Positions 36,479-48,646 of a stretch of DNA of 64,000 nucleotides are shown here, piece by piece. How positions within the stretch are numbered: position 1 is the first letter of the stretch; each line of letters begins with the position of its first letter. Origin of the DNA: Zootoca vivipara. Its lineage: Eukaryota. The stretch is taken from positions 27,962,001 through 28,026,000 of the forward strand of contig NC_083289.1 in the NCBI RefSeq assembly GCF_963506605.1. The letters run 5' to 3'. The translations under genes and the position numbers were made by a program. The notes beneath the pieces are model-generated. The model saw nothing but the letters and a program-made list of their open reading frames with translations, had not been told where the DNA came from and did not search any database.

Positions 36479-38662
36479 GGATCTGGCAGTACTGGAAGGC
36501 AGGCTGGCCTCTTTTTGCATGTCAGCTAAAATGGCCACATCCAGGCCCTAAAAAAGGGGGGGAGCCCCTCCTCACTCGAGTCAAAAGCTGGCCCTTCAGT
36601 GGACTTCCTGCTCAGATTCTGCTCCCAGGCAGCTAGGAGAACTCTGCTTCCTGCAGTACAAGGGACCACAGTTGCCTAGGCTGCTTCTTTGCTGTCTGCT
36701 CAGAGTAGAATCATCAAGCATTGAGAGGCAGACACCAGGCTTATATAAAGGGTCCTGCTGAGTTTTGCCTTTACAAGGTGCTGTGACGCAGGTGGTTAGA
36801 ATTTCCCTTGGACACATGCAGGTGAGAGACTCAGAAAGAGCCATGTGGCCCTGCAGGGACTCAGTGGTAGTGACTGCAGCAACAGCAGCAAGGTCTCCCA
36901 GGCCTATGAAAGCAAGTGCATGATGATAAGCCTCCATGCCTTTCTGAAAGCATTTTGGAAGGGATTAGTAGCTTGGGTTTCTTAAAGTTCCTCAGATGCC
37001 TGTTACCCCTTCTTGAGAGGAATCCCCAGCCACCTACTATGAAAAGCAGGTTGGGGAAGCTCACTTACTCTTTTAGTGTAGAAGTTGGTATGTTGTTGTT
37101 CGGTTTTTTTTGCAGGCATCAGAGAAGCGATTCTTAGCAAACTGCCCAGCTGTCACTCAGCCCCTCCTAACCTGCTGCCCTCCTGGTGTTCAGGACTATA
37201 ATTCCCATGGCCCCAGCCAGCACAGCTGATCGAAGCTATTAGTCCAAAATATTTGGAGGGTACCAGGCTGGACTAGCGAGGCCCTGCTTGAATGTCTGTC
37301 TCGTGGCTGATGCATGAAAGGGTAGCCCATAGGCCCAGTGCTTGGAAGTGCCTTGCCTGCCCTCTCCCTCCAATTTCTTGGAGCTGGGTGAAAGCTGTGC
37401 TTTGTCTTGAGGCCTCATTTGGGTGCCAGAATTCTCCTGCCCTGCTCCTTGGTGACAGTCTGGCCCTTCGGATCATGAAAAGAATGTTGCCTGGGCAGGA
37501 TTGGTGGCAGGACACAGCACAAGGAATTAAAAGGATTTTGATGGATAAAATTCTTCTCGGCCTAATAGGAGGGATCCATATTCTGTGCTCCTACCCATGT
37601 CTGTCATGTCAAACAAGCCCAAACCATTTCATCCTGAACATGAGGGAATTCCTGTGTGAGGAGCATGAAGTGCCTGCTGTCAGAGGGAAATGACTTTGTG
37701 ATCCTCTTATCAATGATTTGGGATGATCAATAAAAGTGCAAGATCTGTAGGGGAAGAGGAATGAGGAAGATGTGAGTGTATTCTTCCTTTAAAAACCTCA
37801 ATTTTCTCTTTTTTTGATGGTTTACAAAATGTAAAAGATTGTGCTACAGGCAGAGGGGTCTCCCGTTTGCTGGCTTGGTGGAATACTTTTAGGGGCTTCT
37901 AAAGTTGAGGTTTCAGAGTTCCCATTCTAATCAATAGGAGGTGAAGCCAAGCTGGGGGGGGGGTGCCCCACTACATGTCTCTTTGGTGAATGGGAAGACA
38001 TGATGGTCTTTGCTTCCCTCTGCCCTCAGAGCAGAGAAGATGAGTGAGGCTGAAAACCCAGGAAAAGAAAGCAAGCATACTGGGCAAGGCTCACCTTTGT
38101 GGAATTGTGGAATCCTCTTAGGAGGACTTAATGGGACTAGAAAAAATGGGATACCAATATGCTACATAAAAAGTATTTACTACTCCTGTGGCATGGAAGT
38201 GGAAGTAGGAAAATAAATTTACACTCTCCATAAGCAATAAAGATGTGAGACCCCTATTTGTAACAGTCTCAGCTCAAAAGTTTTTTTCTGTTATCCTAGC
38301 GTTTCTTACAGCTTTTTCTACCCTCAAATCCTTATTTTGTAATAAAATGCTTAAATCTTTCAAGTTAATACTTCTGTTTCATTCTACAAACATGCAGTTA
38401 ACTGCATTCTTATATAAAGCAGCAAGGAGGGTTCCCCCCCCCTTTAATTGGGTGGGGGTTGAAGCTTTATTGCAGTCAGCCTGTGAAAGGGCTCTGCCCT
38501 TTTATTCATTTCAGTGAACTTGTGCTGCAGAACCTCCAGGTACCCTCATTGCTTTCAAGATGGGAAGGCCACCATGGAGTCAAGATGGGAAGGCTTTGCA
38601 TGCAGTCTCCTGTATCTCTAAAGGGAAAAGTGGCTGTCTGTTGGAGATGCTACCTGCTAGAT

Positions 38663-38889
38663 CAGGGGTCAGCACAGTTTACCTTGCCTGGGCCAGTTCA
38701 CTCCAGCGGAGATCCCTCTGTGGGTCGGATTGCGCGCTCAAATGAGCTCGCGTCTGCCATTTCCAGAGTCTGTGCAGACGCGATTTTCGGCACCGTGGAA
38801 GCGAGTCCCCGCACTGTGCCGGTTTAGTGCAGCGTGCAGGGTCTCGCCAAGCGGGCTGCTCGGTTTGGGGGCTGGTTAAGCGACCCCTG
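38663..38889. mobile_element. hAT-like non-autonomous element
   Basis: CAGGGGTC...GACCCCTG ends, with a start similar to the element at 51912; no clear TSD. Confidence 0.5.
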
Positions 38890-39529
38890 TGGGCATTTTA
38901 AAGCCACATTTAACAAGCCTGAGGCTCTAAGTACAGTATACCTGATGGTGATTGTGTTTAATGGAAATTCTGGTTTAATGTAAGTTGTGTACTTGAATTG
39001 CAATAGCAACATGGAGAGTAGGGTGATTCCCAGGTGCATAGAGAAACAGAGCTGCTTGAAGATAGGGGAACAGTTGGGGATGATTTTAATTGCAAAAATG
39101 GCCACGTGCTGCTGCAGTCAAGTTTGCACAACCCCCCTTCAATCTGCACGCCCCTTTTAAAACAAACTATGCTTGGATTTCCCTGCCTAGGTCGAAGTAC
39201 GTACAGTATTGGATTTAGTACTGTAGTCCCTTCCTGGCTGCTACCATTTGGTTGAGAGCCGTGGGGGAGATCAGTTTTCCAGCTGATGCCACTGTTTCCT
39301 CTGCGTCTCATTTCCACCCCTGCGGAGGGGACGGCGATAAAAGAACCCGGAAGGGGCCTTTCCATCCCGTTGGCAGCTCTTTCCCTTCCCAGCCAAACCA
39401 GCCCATCGCCCTCCGTCCATCGCCTTTGCAAAAGGGCTACCGGAGTGCCTGCCCGCCCCGCGTGCTCTTGGGCATTAGGCCGCCTGCGCTTTGCATCCGG
39501 GGAGAGCGACCGTTTCCCCGGTGGTGGCC

Positions 39530-41039
39530 ATGAGTGCCCCGGACGCGGTACGCCTGCTAGACGCCGCCGACTTCGCGGCCCGGAAGCACGCGACGCAGCG
39601 GCGCAAAGACCCGGAAGGCACGCCGTACATCAACCACCCCATCGGTGAGCAGTCTCCTGAGCATGTGCAGTGTGTGCTTTCTTCCGCAATGCAGTGGGGG
39701 CGGGGGCTTCACTTCCAGCTCATCATCTGTCGTGGATGCATTGCAGGGGGTTGGACTAGATGGCCCTTGGGATCCCTTCCATTTCTACAATTCTATTATT
39801 CCTTTTAGAGGCTAAGTACTGCCCCTCTGTCTAACACCCCCTACAGGTGTAGCCCAGATACTGGCACAGGAAGCTGGAATAACAGAAATTGCAATACTGC
39901 AGGTAAGGGCACCCCCTCTCCCTCGCTGATATTTTCCCTGTCCTAGTTTAAAGCTTCCAAGCACAGCCTGGCAAGGTTTAGCCTGGAAAACTCATAATAA
40001 GTGTGCCATTAAGCATGTATGAATGGCCTTGCATTCATGCAGAGAAGCACTTCAAAGAAGAGGGCAGGGTGTTAGGGATCAAAGTCCTTTAGGAACTGAG
40101 CATCAAGAACCTCCTATTTCCAGGCTGCTCTCCTCCATGACACTGTTGAAGACACAGACACCACCTTCTCAGAGATCGAGGAGCACTTCGGGGAGGAAGT
40201 GAGGCGAATTGTGGAGGAAGTGACGGATGACAAGACTTTGGGCAAGAAGGAGCGCAAGCGGCTGCAGATTGAACAAGCCGCTCAGAGCAGCCGAGAGGCC
40301 AAGCTGGTGAAACTGGCAGATAAGCTGTACAACCTGCGAGATCTCAACCGCTGCACACCCCAAGGTCCGTCTCTGGCCAGCCACGCTGGGTAGCCCTTCT
40401 GAAAAGAGGGGGAGTAGTTGGCATGGGATGGCAGGGTCCTTGCTGTCCTTTTCTGTGTTACAGAACAGGAGCTCAGTAACTAATTTATTAAGATTTCTGC
40501 TCTATATCTATAATCTGGTGGGGGCAGGATCCAATACAGCATTTTAAAATACTGAGCTTGGACAAAACATAATACAAAACCTCCCTATGCTGCACACAGT
40601 TCTGGCCACACACAAAAATGAGTTCAATATCAAAGCATGTAGCTTTTCCCAAATTAGTCTCTGGTGAGCATTGCTGTCAGCTGAAGAGTAAAGCACCTAT
40701 GAGAATAGGTTTAGCTAGTAGACATCAATGCTGTTTTGGAACAGGTCAGGGAGATCACACAGTCTTCACCCCACTTATTGAGCGGCTCTGATCCCCTCCT
40801 CAAAGTAGCAAAGCAAGTCCAGCTGTCCCAGTGTGTGGCAAAGCAGTAGTCAGGTTTGTGTATGGATGCAAGTATGAATTTCTGACTTGTGGGTTTCTCT
40901 CTCTCTTTGTCCAGGCTGGTCCGAGAAGCGAGTCCAGGAGTACTTCCACTGGGCTTCGAAGGTAGTGACAGGCTTGCGCGGGACAAGCCCAGTGTTGGAG
41001 GATAAATTGTGGCTGCTGTTTAAAGCCAGAGGGCTTTAA
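39530..41039 (+). CDS. HDDC3: HD domain-containing 3 / MESH1 (ppGpp and NADPH hydrolase, 178 aa)
   Basis: Exons 39530-39644, 39847-39902, 40124-40364, 40915-41039. [69 protein letters not shown]. Confidence 0.97.
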
Positions 41040-41999
41040 ACCTGAGTGACATGGCTAAGCTGCAGCCAAATCCACTGGAAGGGAAAGCAGGCCACAAACC
41101 TTGCTGAGCTACTAGGTAAAAAATGGAGAAGACTTTCGCCAATTTGTCTTCGGTCCCACTTAACTCTTATCCTGCCTCAGGGTTTCTGCACTGCCCATTA
41201 GCTACACTCAGTGTAAAGTGATACCCTCTACATATATTTGGAATACTCTGAAAGTATTCTGGAAACAAGGCCTTTTCCATCCTCTGGAACAAGCGTATAC
41301 ATTAAGGCATACAAGGGGAGAGGATGAAAGTAGCTCACTTCCTTCTCTTTTCCCCCTGTCCCCGGTCCCTGCAAATAAAGAGGAAGGCAGCCTAAGGATA
41401 CCACGGCCTACTCCTTTCCCCACGTGACTTGGCTATTGCAGCACCTTTGGAGGGCAGGACTACAAAAAACTCTTGCACCTGCAGTTCAAGCACAGCATCC
41501 TCCTTCCCTCAGCTCATTACGGGCATATGCAGAAAATCACTTTGCAATATGGTTCCTGGAGCGTAATGGAGTGTCTCCGTTCCCAAGATCTTACTTATCT
41601 CACCCACCCACCTTGCTTGGCTGGATAGCGAAAGCATGTATGTTGAGTGGTTCTCAATAAAAGCCTTGAGCAATTTGTGATTCTGCATTGGCATAAGTCT
41701 ATAAAAATTGCAAGGAGGTGGGTTGATTCCCTGGCTATCTGAGGCGGAGAGGGAGGGTTTCCAGCTTCAAGGATGGGGTGGGTGGGAGTGCAGCCCCTGG
41801 TATAAATCATCAAAACAAAGTTTCTCCGGATGATAATGCTTTTCTCCTTGGGCTCATGGAGCTGACCAGGCATTAATGAAGCAATGAAGTTGGAAAAAGA
41901 AACTGCCCCAAGGGTGGTCACAGTTTGCTTTGGGACCAAGGAGGGGAGAGGTCTCCGAGAGGTGAATGCTCTCCTAGGAAGGGAGGTGGCTGGGTTTTG

Positions 42000-42312
42000 G
42001 GGCCGGGCAGTATGCACCGAAGCAGCCTGCTGCGGGGGAGGCAAGCAGCGTTCCCTCTTAGCAGGGAAACAAATGCGGCCGCGGTTGGCTCTGCCCTCCC
42101 AGCATCATCGGGCAGCGAATGAGAAGTTTCCCCACCACCTCAACAAGGAAATGGGGAAGTCGGAACAATAACAAGAGCGGACGTGGGCGCGAACGGAAGC
42201 CGGCTGGGCCGCGTTGTCATGGCAGCAGGTCCGCTTCCGGGCTGTCCCGGCAACAACAGCGTTCGCTGTAGAGAGTTCCGGGAAGGAAGGGCGACGTCCT
42301 ACCCTGCCAGCC
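42000..42312 (+). promoter_or_regulatory. CpG-island promoter of VPS33B
   Basis: CpG-rich with several (C)GGAAG ETS cores and X-box-like GTTGTCATGGCAGC at 42213-42226. Confidence 0.7.
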
Positions 42313-45300
42313 ATGGCCTCCCCCGGCCACCGCGACGCCCCAGAGCTGCCGGACTTCGGTCTTCTGAAGCGCCTCGCGCGGGACCAGCTGGTCTACTTGC
42401 TGGAGCAGGTGGGATGGGCGGGTACCGGGGCGAAGGCGAAAGCTGCTCCCCTCGGCCCTTGCCTGGCAATGACGCTTCGCCTCATTCTCCCTCTCCCTGC
42501 AGCTCCCCGGCAAGAAAGATTTGTTCATCGAGGCCGACCTGATGAGCCCCCTCGACCGCATCGCCAACGTCTCCATCCTCAAGGTGCGCAAGGAGCTCCC
42601 CGCTTGCTCCCTCTTCCTGCTCCTTCAGGCAGGCAGAAATTCGGCAGGTGCAGCTTCTCGCTCCCGCCCCGTTTAGGGGTGTAGTACGGACAGCGGCGGG
42701 GAGGCTTCCCATGTTGTGACTGCCCGGGCTTTCAGGCAGCTGCTGAAGGCACAAAAGCTCATCTAGCAGAAAAGGGCAAGGGGCGGGGAGACTGACATGA
42801 GGATGCTGGGATGAGGAATTGAACTTGGAGGATCCCGGTTGAGCTGTGCCTACTGGCAACTTCTGTCCAATTTCGTTGCTGCATAAATCAGAGGAAATGG
42901 GGAAAGAGGAATAGGGATTCATTCCCACCACCACCCTCAAGAAGCAGGGGTGCTGTGCAGGATGTGGAGCTGATCACTCTCTGCTTCCATCTCTCTTTGC
43001 AGCAACATGAAGTGGACAAACTTTACAAAGTGGAGAATAAACCAGCCCACAGTACCAGTGATCAGTAAGTGTGTAGCAGGAGGCCTGCCCTGTTTGGCCA
43101 GTGCTGACTGAGCCTGCTGCATGGGGTTGCCTGCCTGCCTGCCTCTTTTCTGCTTGCCAGGGAAAGGCTATGCTTCTCCATCCCTGAGCTGTGGGACAAG
43201 GTCACTCACAGGCAGGCAGAGCAGAGCTGTTTCCAAGACTACTCCTTTCACGTCTGTTTTGTTTCTTTCTCCCAAGATTGTGCTTTTTGGTCCGGCCACG
43301 GATCAGGAATATGAAGTACGTGGCAGGTGAGTTGTGGTTTGCATGTGCTGGCCTGAGGGAGGAGCAGTAATTGCAGTTGTCATTGGTAGATCTGCTTTAC
43401 ATGCCAAAAGTTCCAGGTTCAATCTCCAGATAGGGCTTGGAATGTCTCCCTGCCTCAAACCTTGGAGAACTGCTGCCAGTCAGTGTGGAAAATACTGAAT
43501 TAAATGGACCAAGGGTCTGACTCAATATAAGGCTGCTTCCTAGCTCCCAGGCTTAGCAGGAGATCCCAGTATGGACAGTCTGTGCTGAGCACCTCTGAAA
43601 GGGATATGAACCCTGTAGTGGTCTGATTGTAGCAGTGCCCTGAGGAATCATAGAAAAAGGGTATCATGACTAGGTCGGAGCAGAAGTTTTATCTACTCTG
43701 CCTATGGTGATGTTTCAGGCTGCTACCAGAATTCTGGGGGGTGCTGGGTAATTGGGGAGTGGGTTTCAGCCTGTCTCTTCTCCTGGTTCTTGGCAGTCTG
43801 CCTCCCTGCATCTATCTCAACAGGGGTCTTTGTGAAAGTTCCTGGGGTGTTCTGTATTATAATCTGTTGCAAAGCTGTCTTGATATTAAATTTAAAATAT
43901 TCTAAATAAAAAAATGTGGACAGCCTTTTGCTGGGCTGCCTGGAAAGGGCTTGGCCACCCTCGCCTGCTCCTTGACTCATTTTTTCCCCCTAGACATAGT
44001 AAACGCTGATAAGGCAGCTGGCCGGACCCGCAAGTACAAGATTATCTTCAGTCCTCAGAAGGCGAGTCTCTTGTAGCTGGGAGTTGTGGGGTCGAGTTTC
44101 TTGGGACTTACCTTCCAAGTAGTCCAGGGGTAGCTCAGCATTGATGTGATGTGTGGACCTTCTGAAGTGCTGCTGGCTGGCTGGTCCCTCTGGCTGGGTG
44201 GCATTTCCCAGTCTGGGCTGTGGCTGCTGCCTGGGCTGCCCAGCTCTAAGATGCATTGATTTGTGGGCAATACTGAGGCAGATGAACCAATGTTCTGCTT
44301 TGTTATAAGGCAGCTTCCTGTGTAGTCTGGGCAGTGGGTGGTATATGGGTGTAGAATTTGGGGAGGGGGTCTCTTTTATCTCCCAAGCCCCCAAAGCATT
44401 TGGTTGAGCTTAACATGTTTCAATTTAGCCACCACCAATTTCACTCTCTGCAACAGTTTAGAGGCTAAAATTGGTTGTGCCTGTAAAACACCCTCATCTG
44501 CCCTTGGAGGAGTCTCTTCAGTTTTTCTCAGTAGAAGGGGGTTCTAGGGACACTCAGACTGTTTGTTCCCAAGGCTGCCTGGAGCTGATTGCCTTCTCCA
44601 ACCCTTTCCAGTTCTACACATGTGAGATGGTGCTGGAAGAAGAGGGGATCTATGGGGGTGAGTTTCAGAGACGGAGAACAGAGATTTTGCTTGGCAGGAC
44701 ATCAGGATCAAAGTCAGGGGGTGGGGAGGGGGGCTGTACTTGAGGCGAGCAGCAGTTCAGCTGGCGATTGGCTCCCTGGCATCCCCTTCCCCAAGCTCAG
44801 AAACTAACCAATGCTGTCCTGTTCATGCTTGCTCAAAAGTACGACACTGTGTTTCATAAGGCTAACTTCCAGCATAAGATTGCAGTCTGAATATGCCAGT
44901 GGTTATTGTTCCGTGTAAGGGAAGGTATTTTGATCATGTTTTAAGATGATTGTTCACTATCCTGGGCAACACCAGGAGGAAGGGTTGGGTATAAGATGAA
45001 TGAATGAATAAAAATGGTATATTGCTATGTTTAAAATAAAATTTAAAAAACACCTCTGGCCAGTCACCTGAGTAACTCCAAGCAGCTAATTTAAGGCAGT
45101 GGAGAGTTTGTATCATGGGTCAAAGACAAAATTCGCCTTGTGTTGTCCTGGTTCCTTGGCAGACGTGACCTGGGATGAGTGGTCCTTCTACTTACTCCCT
45201 TTGGATGATGACATCATCAGCATGGAGCTTCCGGAATTCTTCCGTGACTATTTCCTGGTCAGTATTGACTCCTGTAATGTCCCTATCTATTCAAACTGCC

Positions 45301-48300
45301 CTCCTGCCCCCTTCTTTGCTGCTGTTTCACACAGCAAGTACCAGCTCAAGAATTTTAGGCACAACTTCAGTTTCCAGCCTCTTGGGTCAGTCATAGCTTC
45401 CTTCTCTTGTGCCCCAGTAGGAAGGAGACCAGCGCTGGATCAGCACCGTGGCCCAGGCCTTACAACTGATGAACTCTCTCTATGGACCATTCAGCAGGAC
45501 CTACGGAATTGGCCGGTGTGCTAAGGTGGGGCCTTGTTGGTACAGGAGGATCAGCTGGATGGATGTGAGAGGGGCCTGGTCCAGAGAGCAGAAAGTCTCT
45601 GGGTAGGATGGGGTGGGCAGAAAGAGCTCTGAATACATATGTATTCAGAGGTCTCACCACATTGGTGAGACCTTAGCATCATATCAGAGTGGGTAGCAAA
45701 GTTAGTGCAGGACAAGTAAGCAGCTGGATTCTGCCAAGTCACTTAAACGGGGGCTGTTGGAAGTTGGAGGCAAGATTCCTGCCTCCTTGATGGGGCCCCC
45801 TCCCAGGTACACTGGTTGGGCTGACGGGCAGGGTCTGATCTTTTTCCAGATGGTCCATGAACTCTGGCGCGAAGTGGTGGAGGAAAGTGAAGTTGACAGT
45901 GTTGGCCGGAAGCCAGAGATTGGTCACATATTCCTCGTGGACAGAGGTAAGGGCGTGAGAAGTAGGTTCTGTTAGATGGGCAGATGGGGCCTGGTGTCAT
46001 GCCTGGAGTCCTGGCCCAAAGTCATGACTAGAAGTTTCTGAAAGGGCCTAAGCATTCATCTGTGTAATTCAAGCAAGCGCAGCTATTTTTGCTAAGCTGA
46101 GATGCATGAAATGCTGTAAAACAAAACAGATCTCATGGACATGGGACCCTGTCTTCAGTGAATCTTTGGTCCACCTAGCTCTAGGGGCAGCTATTCAGTA
46201 TTTCAGGCAGAGTCTCTCTCCCAGCTCTTACCTGGAGATGCCATTGAACCTGAGACCCTCTGCATGCAAGGTAGTTTCTCTGCCTAGGATGGCCCTTCCC
46301 TCTTATGGGTGTGGGTGGGGAAGAAGCCCAGGGTGTACACCCCCAATGCTCCCAGGAGGTGTCCTCTTCTGTTCTGATACTCTTCCTACCACCTGCCCAT
46401 CCCATTCCTCTCCTGGCTTTCTTTTCAGACGTGGATTATGTCACAGCCCTTTGTTCCCAGGTTGTGTACGAAGGCCTGGTGGACGATACCTTCCGCATCA
46501 AGTGTGGTAAGTTTCCATTCCGGGGGGGGGGGTGCTGCTTCCCCACCTGCTACCTCTCCAGAGGTCAGGAGGGCCTGCCTGCCTCCCAGAACGGTCATTG
46601 ATCAGCTGACACTTGGGGGCAGAGGCTGCTTTCAGGCCAGGTGTCCTGTCAAGCGAGCTTCCTGGTGAATTCACTTTCTGCAGGGAGCGTTGACTTTGGC
46701 CCAGATGTCACCTCCTCTGATCGGAGCATCAAAGTCCTGCTAAATGCTCAGGACAAGGTGAGTGTCTGCCTTCCCTTCTCCTGAAGGCAGGCTTGGTCAG
46801 GGAATTTAAGCCCTCTTGATAGCAGCAGCAGGTGCTGCCCTGTTGTGAGGGCGAGTGGTGGGGGCACTGGTGCTGTGAGCTGAGGGTTGGCCTAAATGGG
46901 GGTGGGGAGAGCTGGGTGCTGTCTGGGCACCTACTTGCCTCTCCCCGCAGGTCTTCAGCCAGATCCGCAATGAGCACTTCTCCAGTGTCTTCGGTTTCCT
47001 GAGCCAGAAGGCCCGGAACCTGCAGGCACAGTATGACGTGAGTGGGATAAGCGGAGAGGGGCAGTGGGGGGGGCAGGTAGGATTCCTGGATGCCTCAGGA
47101 TGCAAGAAGTGTTCTCCCTTTGCAGCGACGGCGAGGGATGGACATCAAGCAGATGAAGAACTTTGTCTCCCAGGAGCTGAAAGGCTTGAAGCAAGAGCAT
47201 CGCCTGCTGAGTCTCCGTAGGTCTCCTTCTCTCCCTCCTGGGGCAACAGCATCAAATGGGGGAGGATCAGCTGGCAGCAACAGTGTGTCATCACTGACTT
47301 CCTTCTACAGACCTGGCCCAGGAGCCTCGTTCTAGGGAGGGGAACCTGTAGCCCATGAGCCACATGCTGCCTTTTGCGCATGGAGAGCAGAAGAACAATG
47401 GGGTTGAAGCGGCACAAGGAGAGAGGATGGGAAGAGTGCTGTGCACCCCTGCAGTGCTGTAAACTCCACCCCCTGTCAGCAACAGCTTGTGATTTGTCTT
47501 TTCCTCTGGGTCAGTGCCCTTGATTAGTGCTGCCCTAGTTCAAGAGTCTTCTTTGTGTCTGCAGATATTGGTGCATGCGAGTCCATCATGAAGAAAAAAA
47601 CCAAGCAAGATTTCCAGGAGCTGCTGAAGACAGAGCATGGTGAGATCCTGACCTTTCCCCCCTCAATCTAGCTTCCTGAGCCATAAGAGCCTCATTTTCA
47701 GGCATGTAAAAATCCAGGTGCTCAATAGCTGTTGATGCCTCTGGCAATTCACTGAAGAAGCTGGTTTTACCTCTTTTCGGGTTTCTAGAATATCTCACTG
47801 CCTCCTGAGTTTTGGGGGGGAAACAAAAACCCTCAATGCCTTAGATGTTCTTGTTGCTATTTCTCTCCCCACAACTGAAATTACATGCTTGCTACACCCA
47901 AGATTTGGACCACTAAACAATCAAGATTTTATCTATTGCAGTTGAAGACCTATAGTGGTTGAACTTGATGATAATAGTCAGGTGCCGAATTTGGGGAGTT
48001 AGACTGGAAGACAAGAGAGAGACACAATGGGGTGACCGGGGGGTGGGCATGCTTGCCAATCTCAGGGCTTCTTTCTGTTTCAAAACCGGTACAGTTAAGA
48101 GGGTTCTCAGTCTCAATTGATGGATTCTTATGGAACAGTTTGTGCTTTCTAACCAGAAGTGTTACAAGCTCCTCTGAGCATGGCTGTTGCAAGATATGCT
48201 GCTGGGAAGCAAAGGGATTTTTTTGAGGGGAGGGGGAGAATACTGAAACTCTCTAGTAAAGTTGCCCACTTGCTTTTGCAGCCCTCCTGGAAGGGTTTGA

Positions 48301-48591
48301 CATCCGCGACAGCATCAGCTTCATTGAAGAGCACATTGACCGACAGGTAAGGGGTGGGGAGAAAATGCACTGACCTCAATTGGCGTCCGGGTTCACCAGA
48401 CAATGTAATCAGGAGCAGAAATCCACTCCCCTAAAAGGAAAGGTTTCAGTTTACTGTTATTCAGTAACATAGTCCCCACATTTGAAGCTACGAACATGAG
48501 TTTGACCAAACTGCGGGAGGCAGTGGAAGACAGGAGTGCCTGGCGTGCTATGGTCCATGGGGTCACGAAGAGTCAGACACGACTAAACGAC

Positions 48592-48646
<55 letters not shown>

